DNA of 64,000 nucleotides. It comes from Phallusia mammillata. Taxonomy: Eukaryota. The notes below the pieces were generated by a model. The model saw nothing but the letters and a program-made list of their open reading frames with translations, was not told the DNA's origin and ran no database searches. Below, piece by piece: positions 13,201-24,189 of this stretch. Position 1 is the first letter of the stretch; each line of letters starts with the position of its first letter. The translations under genes were made by a program, and so were the position numbers. The stretch is taken from the NCBI GenBank assembly GCA_965637545.1, contig OZ281496.1:29016001-29080000 (forward strand). Reading direction: 5' to 3'.

Positions 13201-16200
13201 TCAAAATTGTTGCCGTATAATAACTGAACATTGTCAACAAAAACCCATGGAGAATCTGGTGGATCCGACTTGATTTTCTTTTGTCGATAACTCAAGAACT
13301 CATTCAGCACCTACATTGTAATGTTAAGCAAAAGCCTTGTACATAGTGTTTATAGCAGTGGTTCCTAACTCCCAGTAAAAATAATATCGTGGACCATTTC
13401 TTTTTGGAGCAAGAATAAAGTACACATACGAAACAACCATTTCAGCTTGAAACATAATTCTTTGAAATCGATTTTCAAGAAGTGAGATACAATTATTCTT
13501 TTAACGTGTAATATTAGTTTATCACCAAATATAGTGGACACCTTGTGGACCCTCCAAAAAGTCAGCATGGACCACCAGTTGTGAACCACTGGTTTATGGT
13601 TTTGCCTACCTATATTAAAAAACTATGAAACCTATTATAACAGTAAAACCTATTATGATCTAATACAAAACTTTATATTAGATCATAATAGGTTCTACTG
13701 TTATGTAATATGTTGACAAAAAAATGGAAAAGTTTTATTCACTGCCTTAATAACATTAAAGTTCATTTGTTACTCTTTTTTTTACTTCACACAGCAACAA
13801 AAATGTAAGGCTTTTTGCAAAGATTACTATGATCTTTGCTTATGTGGTTAATTACAAAAAAATCTCATGTTTGTCAACGTTGGTTAAGTTGAATCATGCA
13901 GAAAATTGCCTGTGGCAAGTGCACCTACCTCTTGTGCGTTGGTCTTGAACGGAATTTTGTCAGTCTTTGTCCAAGCCTCAATGTTGGAAAGGGCCACTCT
14001 GACGCCCAACAAACGATAATATGAATCAAGAATATTTGCAATTTCCTTAATCCTATGATCGAGGTCAAGGCGATCATATTTCTTGGTCTGTATATGAGAT
14101 AAGTTGTTTTGCAGACCAAATAAATGAAGCTTTCACTGAACAATGTACATAATAAGCAACAGTACATTGTTTGCACAATGCCAGTGTTTTTACATATACT
14201 ATTCTTGATTCATTTGTTAAAATGTTATGTGATTACTGTACATGTGTATATTTACACAGCATATGTCAGTGTTTCCCAACCAATGGGTCGCGACCCAAAG
14301 TTGGGTCGCCTGAAAATTCTGTTGGGTTGCCTGTTTTTGTGACAAGAACATCTACTATTTGACTTCATTTCGTAGCGTTATTATTTTATTTCACATGACT
14401 TTAAATTGTTGCCTAATAATCACATGCATATTTTTATTTTGGCAATAACTCACCACTGCATTATCAGCCACCACCATAAGCTCAACAAATTTTTTCTCCG
14501 ATGACACAGCTCGCTTGCTTCTTGAATGCATAGTTTTATCTGTGAAACAACACATATACAACCAGTTAAAATATGTTTTAGCAAAAGCATAGAAATCTGT
14601 TTAGATGCAAGTTACCATAGGCCAATATGTTAAGTCGTTAACCAACTACATTATTATCATAAACATAAAACTTACACATAATATTTTAAACAAAACCAAA
14701 TATTAACTTGTGAAAAACAATAACTATTGGAACAGCAGCATTGCATTGATAAACACTAAGGTAAAATAATTATATACTTGATGACATCCATGCTTTGTTC
14801 AGCATTGTCACAAAGTCATGTGCATCATGAGTTCCACATGAACCACCAAGTTCATTTTTGTCATTGAGATGATATGCAGTATGTATGTCATTGTTAAAAT
14901 ATGATGAATTTGATCCCTTTCTGACTGGTTCAAAGACTATTGTTTTGCCATCCATAAAAATTGCACCACTGTCAAAAAAAAATTATTAAATGAAGGTTTG
15001 AAAGGTGTAAATGATGTCGCACTGGTACTACTAACAAATATCAATACCACAATTTATATTTGTAATAAAACACTTTTTTTCTTATCATCCCAATTAGGAT
15101 CATATATGCAGACTACACACTAAAGACAAGCAAAAAGTAATTCCATTCCTGAATGAAGAAATAACCATAATGCCCATGTTTAAATGCATTATTTAAAAAA
15201 AACTGCTTGGAATTGTTATGTACACTTAGCAACAAAATACATCTTTTGAAAGCATACCTTAGTCCATAACAAGTGCTCATTACAACAAGACTGTTTTTAA
15301 TCCCCTTAACCGATCCTTGATAATAACAATGGTTTCTCTCCTAAAAGCAACAATTTGAAGTTGACGAAACATAGAAACTTAAAAATACTGTTGCTGCCAG
15401 GCATAATGTATCAACAAAATTTCAGCTCTTCCGGCAGTTTTTTTTTTTTTTGTGTGTGTTTCGCCGCCCTTTTCGCTTTACAAATACTTGTGTTTGCAAT
15501 TTATGTCATTACCCTGATGAAGTTGTTTCGTATGGGACATCGAAAAGTTGGCATATTAGAATAAAAAAAAACTGCCGGAAGAGCTGAAATTTTGTTGATA
15601 GAAACTTAAAGTTGTTGAGATCTTGGAAGGCCAAAGATAATAAGACACACAGACTAATAGGCACAGTAAAAATATGAATTGTTATTTGCATTTCTCGCCC
15701 CTTTTTTGTTTTGGGAATTTTGGGTTAACTTGGAGTGTTATCACCATGATGAAGGTGACTGTTGAATAGGCTATTGAAACATCAGTTAAAACACTGCATT
15801 AGCCAGAAGATAGTTATTTAGTATATATTTAGATGTTGTTAGCAGCAAGTAAAATCAAGCAGTCACTGTTGTTGTTAGTTAAATACTGACCTTAGTAGAA
15901 GGTCTATGCATTTGCAAGACATCGTCATCATCAAAAGTTGTTGTTGAAAATGTGCGAGGTAGAAGTTCTTCATTTATTGACATATCTAATTCATACCGAC
16001 TACCATTGACTTCGAACACAAAGAATGTGTCATGATGGTGAAGTCCAGTGGTCTGCAAATAAAAACCACTCAGATACACCATACACACTGTTTAAACATT
16101 TGCACACTCAAAATGTTTAATGTCAAACTGTTGTTACTTTTGTGTGATTTAAGTTTTCTACTTTTGAAACTGATTTTTGTGGTTTATAAAATCTACTGTA

Positions 16201-16554
16201 TTTAGGAATGTTTCTCTACCTTAGAGCTAGTAAGAAACTTCTTTTCACTGACAAAAACACATAAAATCTTCTTACATTATCAAACAAAGTACTTAGTCCA
16301 GATTTTCTTCTGGTATATTTTCCATCATGAAATTGTAATGGCTTAAAAAGGTGATATCCTGGTTGGTAATTGTCAACTGTAAAGAATACATGACAAATTT
16401 AATAAAACTGAAATTTTATAAACAAAAACAATCCAACCAAAATCCAATTTACTGGTTTACCTGACAAACTGGAATGTGCATCAATTTCAATTTCTTCATA
16501 TGCGAACGTGATGCTTAGCAAGAATGAAATACAAATACATATGGATAGTTTCAT
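1261..16554 (-). CDS. ADAM family zinc metalloprotease-disintegrin (ADAM12/19-like), 3' end outside the window
   Basis: 15 phase-consistent GT-AG exons: 16554-16461, 16376-16276, 16052-15891, 15340-15258, 14968-14778, 14539-14454, 14087-13929, 13310-13134, 12702-12572, 5137-4949, 3628-3466, 2814-2700, 2256-2148, 1858-1660, 1329-1261. Motifs in order: signal peptide [18 protein letters not shown], prodomain CYYQG and Cys-switch GSCGT, furin site RSKR, zinc motif [12 protein letters not shown], Met-turn CLMAP, disintegrin [15 protein letters not shown] and NECDLPEFC, Cys-rich [12 protein letters not shown], and the start of the EGF-like domain. Confidence 0.95.
4235..4580 (+). mobile_element. 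tRNA-derived SINE-like element interrupted by a hAT MITE
   Basis: Contains the T-arm/B-box GTGGGTTCGAATCCCAC, then CGCAGGCTAGACTTTTCTAGC and GAATGCTTGGTGAACGGCCGATTCGGTAT, matching the body of the element at 54720-54936 (opposite strand). A degenerate third copy lies at ~55280-55370. Confidence 0.7.
4313..4527. mobile_element. Non-autonomous hAT-type MITE
   Basis: TIRs CAGTGGTTCTCAAAC / GTTTGAAAACTACTG and a perfect 8-bp TSD CCATATGG (4305-4312 and 4528-4535). Confidence 0.85.
5791..6430. repeat. Degenerate tandem triplication of a ~240-bp unit in ADAM intron 9
   Basis: CACTAGTCTT(C/T)(A/T)CGGC and GATATG(A/C)CCTTA recur near 5872, 6072 and 6331. CCAAATGCTAC occurs at ~5794 and ~6256. Confidence 0.7.
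13356..13591. mobile_element. Non-autonomous hAT-type MITE
   Basis: TIRs CAGTGGTTC / GAACCACTG; 8-bp TSD GTTTATAG / GTTTATGG (7/8 match). Confidence 0.75.
15409..15600. repeat. Perfect 38-bp inverted repeat enclosing a degenerate hammerhead-like motif
   Basis: 15409-15446 (TATCAACAAAATTTCAGCTCTTCCGGCAG plus T-run) is the reverse complement of 15563-15600. The enclosed segment has CTGATGA-A-GTTGTTTC-GTAT-GGGACATC-GAAA at 15514-15545. Confidence 0.8.
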
Positions 16555-17367
16555 ATTCAGGACAAATAAACATTTACCTAACGTTAATCTGAAACAAAGG
16601 TAACAAACAAATTTAACAAGAATGCAACATAACAAATGCAACTATTGAATTGCCCATTATAGTATATTTCGCGTAATAATACACCTCTACATTTATACAT
16701 TAGCTAAGGATTAGAAAATGCCTCGTGCTTAACTTAATGTACACAAAATATTTAACAATTTGCACAACAACCTCTTATGGGCTGAACAGACTCAAGAATG
16801 ATGTTGTGAAAAAAGTAGTTATCGCCTGAATGGTTTTGGTTCCGGTTCACGAACACGAAAGAAAATCCCCCTAATCTAGCCGTGTGGGAAAACAATTTTT
16901 TTCTTGTCCATGGAAAAGGGATGACATTGGTGGCTTTATTTATTTTTATTGTTGGATAGAATGATCAGAAAAATTATAAAATGAGAGTCATTTCATTCTT
17001 CTCTCGGGCCAACATGTCCTAAATTTTGAGTAAACTCAGAAAACCCGGCAATTTGGTGAGCTGGTAGTCAGTTTAGGAAACCATGCAATGTGCACCACAT
17101 TCGGAAATTCTAACCTGCCTTTTTCTGACAAATTTATTTTCCATTGCCAAGTTCGATTTGCTACTTTAACAGTGAAAATGTGACACCATTTTGTTTGAAC
17201 ACGAATCAAAATAACAACACTTTTACGAATGGCCATCTTTCATTAGGACTTTCATACTAAAAAGTTTAGATCTACAGCATTTGTGACAAGGCCAAAATTA
17301 TGCACATGGGTCAAACAACCTAATTTGTAAAAAGTCACCATGCATTTAAATCGAAATAAACCTAAAA

Positions 17368-18209
17368 TCATAGGTTGAGGTTGGACACAAGCATTATGAA
17401 CATATCCTCTTCTCCACGAATCAGAACGTCAGAATCTGGGATCTCCTCCACTTTCCAAGGAGCTTTTACTTCGCTACGAAATCTCCCACTCAAATCAAAT
17501 GGCTTCAGTAGTTCTTCAGTAACCTCAACACCAAGCTTCTCAAACTCCTTGGTTTTTTGAATCAGCAAGTTTTGCACACTGTCGATGGACTTTAAATGAT
17601 CGACAACTTCTTCTAGTCCACTAGAAATGCAATGTCAAACCTTCATTGTATTCTTTTATTTGACGCAATTGCCTCATAGATATCTTTGTACTTGCTAAAA
17701 AAATGGTTGTATGTAACTACATCGCAAATGCCTTCCAATACACATTTCATAAACAATTCAGGAGCAAGCTTTCCCACTTCATATTCATTTCCACCCGGCA
17801 ACTTCAGTGGTTCAATAACTTGAGGAAAACTAAAACTCATCAGCGCCAAACAGCCGTCGTGTTTTAAAACCCGTCGAGCTTCTTGAAGAAATTTGGGCAG
17901 ATCAAACCAATGTCCCGATTCAGCGTTTGTAATTAAGTCAGCGCTATTATTATGCTGCCCTTGCTTCAGCATTTCAGCACTCACATCAATCCCATCAACT
18001 CGTTTGAAGAACGGCGCAAAAAGTGTAGTTGCTTGGCCCGTACCACAGGCAATATCTATGAGTTGATCAAACACGACTGGTGTTTCTTCAGCTATTCCAC
18101 GTTTTCGTTTCAAGTAATTTACCACGACATTTGCCACTTCTTTAGAATACGTCGGTCTGTATTTTACGTAGAAATCAGCAATGGTTTGAGATTCGTAAAA
18201 ACGCAGCAT
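17368..18209 (-). pseudogene. SAM methyltransferase copy M1, disrupted
   Basis: Starts MLRFYE and has DIACGTGQAT. An in-frame deletion of about 19 codons (VFSHVTYKEGAAEKIPASD) gives KQGQHNNSADL. An indel near 17630-17645 splits the C-terminus into ORF 17368-17577. Confidence 0.85.
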
Positions 18210-18867
18210 TTCGAATTGCTCTTGTTGTTTGTACTCAGCCTTTATTATTGAGTAAGCAAATGCACTGAGCGATAAAACAGCTGTCGCTTTGTTTTGATAA
18301 TGTGTTGCGGAAATATACAAAAATTACGTCCTGTTTTGTTCCTCGAAACATTTAGTCAGGATGATAATAGAACGCATAGCCTGATAGATCAAATGCATTG
18401 AATTGATCCAATCATTGCAATAAAATTTAAACTTTGCGCAAACACAAACAATTTAAATGTACAATTTGGAAACAAAGCAACATTAAGCAAGATGCGACAA
18501 GAATTTTGTGAAACTGTGTCAGTGATCAAGTATGGCCGGTTAATCAAGAAAAGACACAAATTGGACAACAAAAGCCCACGCTAAACATCCTCGTCTGGAT
18601 TCTAAAAATAATAGCCTTCCACGTCCAATATTTTAGGCTGTGTGCAATCACGACATGCATTCTATTTCACTTATGAACTTTACGGCCACATCCGGGATAT
18701 CTTTAACATTCCACTCAATTTAACTTCACTTTAAAATATTTTACAACGGTCAACAGACGGGACAAAAAGTAGGCCAAGATAATGCAAACAGGCCTCTTAA
18801 TATTATTTGTGGAAAATCGCAAGACATTATAATTGTTAAGCGCCTAAATGCTAAAGTATATAGGATA

Positions 18868-19773
18868 TCATTCGTTGAAGTTGGACATAAGTATTATGAA
18901 CATTTCATGCTCTCCATGGATCAGAACCTCAGATTCGGGAATGTCCTCGACCTTCCAAGCAGCTTTTACTTCGCCACGAAATCTCTCACCCAGATCATAT
19001 GGTTTCAGTAGTTCTTCAGTAACCTCAACACCAAGCTCCTCAAACTCCTTGGTTTTTTGAATCAGCAAGTTTTGCACACTTTCGACGGACTTTATATGAC
19101 CGACTACTTCCTCAAGTGTCCACTGGAAATGCAATGTCAAATCGTCGTTGTATTCTTTTGTGTTCGACGGAATTGCCTTGAAGATGTCTTTGTACTTGTT
19201 GAAAACATGATTGTATGCAACAACATCGTACTTGCCTTCCAATAAACATTTTATGAACAGATCACTGGCAAATTTTCCCATTTCATATTCATTTCCACCC
19301 GGCAACTTCAGTGGTTCAATAACTTTAGGAAAACTCGAACCCATTATCGCCAAACAGCCGTCGTGTTTTAAAACCCTTCTTGCTTCGTGAAGAAATTTGG
19401 GCAGATCAAACCAATGGACCGATTCAGCGCTTGTCACCAAGTCAGCGCTATGATCAGAAGCTGGTATCTTTTCTGCAGCACCCTCTTTGTAAGTTACGTG
19501 ACTGAAGACGTTCTGTTGCTGCGCTTGCTTTAGCATTTCAGTACTGATATCGACCCCATCAACTCGTTTAAAGAACGGCGCAAACAGTGCAGTTGCTTGA
19601 CCCGTACCACAGGCAATGTCTATGAGTTGATCAAACACCACTGGCGTTTCTTCAGCTATTCCACGTTTTCGTTTCAAGTAATTAACCACGACATTTGCCA
19701 CTTCTTTAGAATACGTCGGTCTATATTTTACGTAGAAATCAGCAATGGTTTGAGATTCGTAAAAACGCAGCAT
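18868..19773 (-). CDS. Class I SAM-dependent methyltransferase (Methyltransf_11-type, Tmt1/Crg1-like small-molecule family), copy M2, 301 aa
   Basis: 906-nt intron-free ORF from the conserved ATG. Motifs: YRPTY, motif I LIDIACGTGQAT, VDISTEM, GAAE, AESVHWFD, EARRVLKHDGCLA. Confidence 0.9.
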   Translation of the reverse strand: MLRFYESQTIADFYVKYRPTYSKEVANVVVNYLKRKRGIAEETPVVFDQLIDIACGTGQATALFAPFFKRVDGVDISTEMLKQAQQQNVFSHVTYKEGAAEKIPASDHSADLVTSAESVHWFDLPKFLHEARRVLKHDGCLAIMGSSFPKVIEPLKLPGGNEYEMGKFASDLFIKCLLEGKYDVVAYNHVFNKYKDIFKAIPSNTKEYNDDLTLHFQWTLEEVVGHIKSVESVQNLLIQKTKEFEELGVEVTEELLKPYDLGERFRGEVKAAWKVEDIPESEVLIHGEHEMFIILMSNFNE

Positions 19774-20628
19774 TTTGAATTGCTCTTGTTGTTTGTACTC
19801 AGCCTCTGTAGTTAAATAAGCAAATGCACTGAGCGATAAAACAGCTGTCGCTTTGTTTTGATAACTTGATGCGGAAATTATGACATGTTTTGTAATTCGA
19901 AACAATTAGGAATATTCAAAGAGCTGTCAAATCAAATGAATACATTGAATTTAACAAACAGTGCAGAAGAATTTTAAACTCTGCGCCAAAACAAACATTA
20001 AGTGTCGCATTCTGACTTGCTGTAACAGCCTTCAGAGTTACACAAATAAAATGCACTCACCGAAAAGAGCTGTCGCTTTGTTTTGATAATCTGCTGCGGA
20101 AATATTCTAAAACTACGAACATTTTTGCTCTTCTAAACATATGCGCAGCCTGATATAAATAAATGCATTGTATTGAACAATCAGTACCGTCATATGTTAA
20201 ACACCAACATATTATGGGCTTATTTTGGAAACTAAGCATCAGCAACATTAACCAGAGTACGAAAAAATAGTGCAAAACTGGGGAGGTGGTAAAGTAAAGA
20301 TGGTTGATCAAGTAACGACTCAAATTGGACAACAAAAACCCAAGTAAACCTTCTTCATATGGGTTCTGATGATAATATCCTTTAACGGCCAACATTTTAG
20401 GCTGTGTGCAAACATGACTTTCTTTCTATTTTACATTTGGCTTTCCTCCTCATCCGAGACATCTTAAATATACAAAGCGGATTTAATTTGGCTTCAAATA
20501 TTTCTACTAAGGTCAACAGACTTGACGAGTGTAGGGCAAAAACATGTACACAGGCCTAATAGTATTGTTTGTGAAAAGTCGCAAGACATCAAATTGTTAA
20601 GCACCACAATGCTAAAGTAAATAGGATA

Positions 20629-21534
20629 TCATTGGTTGAAGTTGGACACAAGTATTATGAACGTTTCGTGCTCTACTCGTATCAAAACCTCAGATTCAGG
20701 GATGTCCTCGACGTTCCAAGCAGCTTTTACTTCGCTACGAAATCTCTCACTCAAATCAAATGGCTTCAGTAGTTCTTCAGTAATCTCAACACCAAGCTCC
20801 TTAAACTCCCTGGCTTTTTGCATTAGCAAGTTTTGCACACTTTCGACGGACTTAATATAACCGACTACTTCCTCAAGTGTCCACTGGAAATGCAATGTCA
20901 AATCGTCATAGTATTCTTTAGCATTTGATGGAATTGCCTCATAGATATCTTTGTATTTGTTTAGACAATTGTTGTATGCAACATCATCGTAAATGCCTCC
21001 CAATACACATTTCATGAATAGATCACTGGCAAATTGTCCCATTTCATATTCATTTCCATCGGGCAACTTCAGTGGTTCAACAACTTGAGGAAAAGTCATA
21101 CCCATTATCGCCAAACAGCCGTCGTGTTTTAAAACCCTTCTCGCTTCTTCAAGAAAAATTGGCACATCAAACCAATGGACCGATTCAGCGCTTGTAATTA
21201 AGTCAGCGCTATGGTCAGAAGCTGGCATCTTTTCTGCAGCACCCTCTTTGTAAATTACGTGACTAAAAGCGTTATGGTGCTGCGCTTGCTTTAGCATTTC
21301 AGGACTTACATCAATTCCATCAACTCGTTGAAAGAACGGCGCAAAAAGTGAAGTTGCTTGACCCGTACCACAGGCAATGTCTATGAGTTGATCAAACACG
21401 ACTGGTGTTTCTTCAGATATTCCACGTTTTCGTTTCAAGTAATTAACCACGACATTTGCCACTTCTTGAGAAAACGTCGGTCTATATTTTACGTAGAAAT
21501 CAGCAATGGTTTTAGTTTCGTAAAAACGCAACAT
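20629..21534 (-). CDS. SAM methyltransferase copy M3, 301 aa
   Basis: 906-nt intact ORF with the same motifs; variant segments MGMTFP and YDDVAYNNCLN. Confidence 0.9.
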   Translation of the reverse strand: MLRFYETKTIADFYVKYRPTFSQEVANVVVNYLKRKRGISEETPVVFDQLIDIACGTGQATSLFAPFFQRVDGIDVSPEMLKQAQHHNAFSHVIYKEGAAEKMPASDHSADLITSAESVHWFDVPIFLEEARRVLKHDGCLAIMGMTFPQVVEPLKLPDGNEYEMGQFASDLFMKCVLGGIYDDVAYNNCLNKYKDIYEAIPSNAKEYYDDLTLHFQWTLEEVVGYIKSVESVQNLLMQKAREFKELGVEITEELLKPFDLSERFRSEVKAAWNVEDIPESEVLIRVEHETFIILVSNFNQ

Positions 21535-21855
21535 TCTGACTTGCTTCAACAGCCTTCAGAGTTACACAAATAAAATGCACTGTCTGAAAACAGCTGTCGC
21601 TTTGTTTAGATAATGTATTGCGGAAATGTTTTAAAACTATGGATTTTTTTTCTTCTTCGAAACATTTAGGATGACAATAGAACACGCAGCCTGATAATAT
21701 GATAAAAACAACGACTTATTATGGGTGCATTTTTGAAACAAAGCAACAGCAACATTAACCAGTGTGCGACAGGCAAAGAGTGAAACTGGGGCGGTGGTAT
21801 AAAGTAATGCTGGTTAATCAAGAAACAACAGAATCGGATAACAAAAACCCAAATA

Positions 21856-21945
21856 AAACTTCTTCATCTGGGTTCTGATTATAATATCCTTCAGCGTGTT
21901 TGGACGTTGAAGGATGTTATAATCAGAATCCAGATGAAGAAGTTT
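21856..21945. repeat. Fold-back (inverted) junction at the centre of the methyltransferase array
   Basis: AAACTTCTTCATCTGGGTTCTGATTATAATATCCTTCAGCGT (ends 21897) is the near-perfect reverse complement of ACGTTGAAGGATGTTATAATCAGAATCCAGATGAAGAAGTTT (starts 21904), with a 6-nt spacer GTTTGG. Genes on the left are on the minus strand and genes on the right are on the plus strand. Confidence 0.9.
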
Positions 21946-22201
21946 AGCGTGGGCATTTGTTGTCCGATTTGAGTCTTTCCTTCATTAACCAGTTTTCCTT
22001 TCCCTTCGCCCCAATTTCCCAATATTTTTGTCGCACTTTGGTTAATGTTGCTTTGTTTGCAAAATGAACCTATATAATATTTGTTCTTGCGCAGAGTTTC
22101 AATTTCTTTGCAGTGATTGTTAAATTCAATCTATTCATTTGATTTGACTGCTCTTTCAATAAACGTAAATGTTATTAATTTCAAAACATGTCATAATTTC
22201 C

Positions 22202-22351
22202 GAAGAACTACTGAAACCATTTGATCTGAGTGAGAGATTTCGTAGCGAAGTAAAAGCTGCTTGGAAGGTCGAGGAGATCCCCGATATAGAGGTTGTGATC
22301 CGTGGAGAGCATAAAACGTTGACAATACTTGTGTCCAACTTCAACGAATGA
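22202..22351 (+). pseudogene. Methyltransferase copy M4: C-terminal fragment fused directly to an upstream region
   Basis: The upstream-unit sequence ending CATGTCATAATTTCC joins directly to EELLKPFDLSERFRSEVKAAWKVEE...SNFNE*; the first ~250 codons are deleted. Confidence 0.85.
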
Positions 22352-23009
22352 TATCCTATATACTTTAGCATTTAGGCGCTTAACAATTTTAATGTCTTGC
22401 GATTTTCCACAAATAATATTAAGAGGCCTGTTTGCATTATCTTGGCCTACTTTTTGTCCCGTCTGTTGACCGTTGTAAAATATTTTAAAGTGAAGTTAAA
22501 TTGAGTGGAATGTTAAAGATATCCCGGATGTGGCCGTAAAGTTCATAAGTGAAATAGAATGCATGTCGTGATTGCACACAGCCTAAAATATTGGACGTGG
22601 AAGGCTATTATTTTTAGAATCCAGACGAGGATGTTTAGCGTGGGCTTTTGTTGTCCAATTTGTGTCTTTTCTTGATTAACCGGCCATACTTGATCACTGA
22701 CACAGTTTCACACAATTCTTGTCGCATCTTGCTTAATGTTGCTTTGTTTCCAAATTGTACATTTAAATTGTTTGTGTTTGCACAAAGTTTAAATTTTATT
22801 GCAGTGATTGGATAAATTCAATGCATTTGATCTATCAGGCTATGCGTTCTATTATCATCCTGACTAAATGTTTCGAGGAACAAAACAGGACGTAATTTTT
22901 GTATATTTCCGCAACACATTATCAAAACAAAGCGACAGCTGTTTTATCGCTCAGTGCATTTGCTTACTCAATAATAAAGGCTGAGTACAAACAACAAGAG
23001 CAATTCGAA

Positions 23010-23915
23010 ATGCTGCGTTTTTACGAATCTCAAACCATTGCTGATTTCTACGTAAAATACAGACCGACGTATTCTAAAGAAGTGGCAAATGTCGTGGTAA
23101 ATTACTTGAAACGAAAACGTGGAATAGCTGAAGAAACACAAGTCGTGTTTGATCAACTCATAGACGTTGCCTGTGGTGCGGGTCAAGCAACCTCACTTTT
23201 TGCGCCGTTCTTTCAACGAGTTGATGGGATTGATGTGAGTCCTGAAATGCTGAAGCAAGCGCAGCAACAGAACGTCTTCAGTCACGTAATTTACAAAGAG
23301 GGTGCTGCAGAAAAGATACCAGCTTCTGATCATAGCGCTGACTTGGTGACAAGCGCCGAATCGGTTCATTGGTTTGATCTGCCCAAATTTCTTCAAGAAG
23401 CAAGAAGGGTTTTGAAACACGACGGCTGTTTGGCGATAATGGGTTCGAGTTTTCCTCAAGTCATTGAACCATTGAAGTTACCGGGTGGAAATGAATATGA
23501 AATGGGAAAGCTTGCTACTAAACTGTTTACGAAATATGCACTGGAAGGCATTTACGATGTAGTTGCATACAACCATGTTTTCAACAAGTACAAAGATATC
23601 TTCAAGGCAATTCCGTCGAACACAAAAGAATACAACGACGATTTGACATTGCATTTCCAGTGGACACTTGAGGAAGTAGTCGGTTATTTGAAGTCCATCG
23701 ACAGTGTGCACAACGTGCTGATTCAAAAAGCCAAGGAGTTTGAGGAGCTTGGTGTTGAGGTTACTGAAGAACTACTGAAGCCATTTGATCTGAGTGAGAG
23801 ATTTCGTAGCGAAGTAAAAGCTGCTTGGAAGGTCGAGGAGATCCCCGATACAGAGGTTGTGATCCGTGGAGAGCATAAAATGTTCATAATACTTGTGTCC
23901 AACTTCAACGAATAA
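23010..23915 (+). CDS. SAM methyltransferase copy M5, 301 aa
   Basis: 906-nt intact ORF; motif I reads DVACGAGQAT. Confidence 0.9.
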   Translation: MLRFYESQTIADFYVKYRPTYSKEVANVVVNYLKRKRGIAEETQVVFDQLIDVACGAGQATSLFAPFFQRVDGIDVSPEMLKQAQQQNVFSHVIYKEGAAEKIPASDHSADLVTSAESVHWFDLPKFLQEARRVLKHDGCLAIMGSSFPQVIEPLKLPGGNEYEMGKLATKLFTKYALEGIYDVVAYNHVFNKYKDIFKAIPSNTKEYNDDLTLHFQWTLEEVVGYLKSIDSVHNVLIQKAKEFEELGVEVTEELLKPFDLSERFRSEVKAAWKVEEIPDTEVVIRGEHKMFIILVSNFNE

Positions 23916-24189
23916 TACCCGATATACTTTATTATTTAGGCGCGTAACAATTTTGAGGTCCTACTATTTCACTCAAATACTATTAATGTGCCCGTCCTGT
24001 ACACTATTTAGCCCTGAACTCCTTCTCAAATCTGTTGACCTCAGTAAAATATTTCAAAGCAAAGTTAAATTGAGTTGGAAATTGAAGGAATCGTGGATGT
24101 GAATGCTAATGTCCCTTAGTATATGTCTTGTTTGCACTCAGCCAGAAATATTGGACGTTGAAGGATATTATGTTATCAGAACCCAGAAG

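Noticed and set aside
17036-17236. 66-aa ORF between M1 and the ADAM start
   Set aside because: No motif or duplicate support; probably ADAM upstream sequence.
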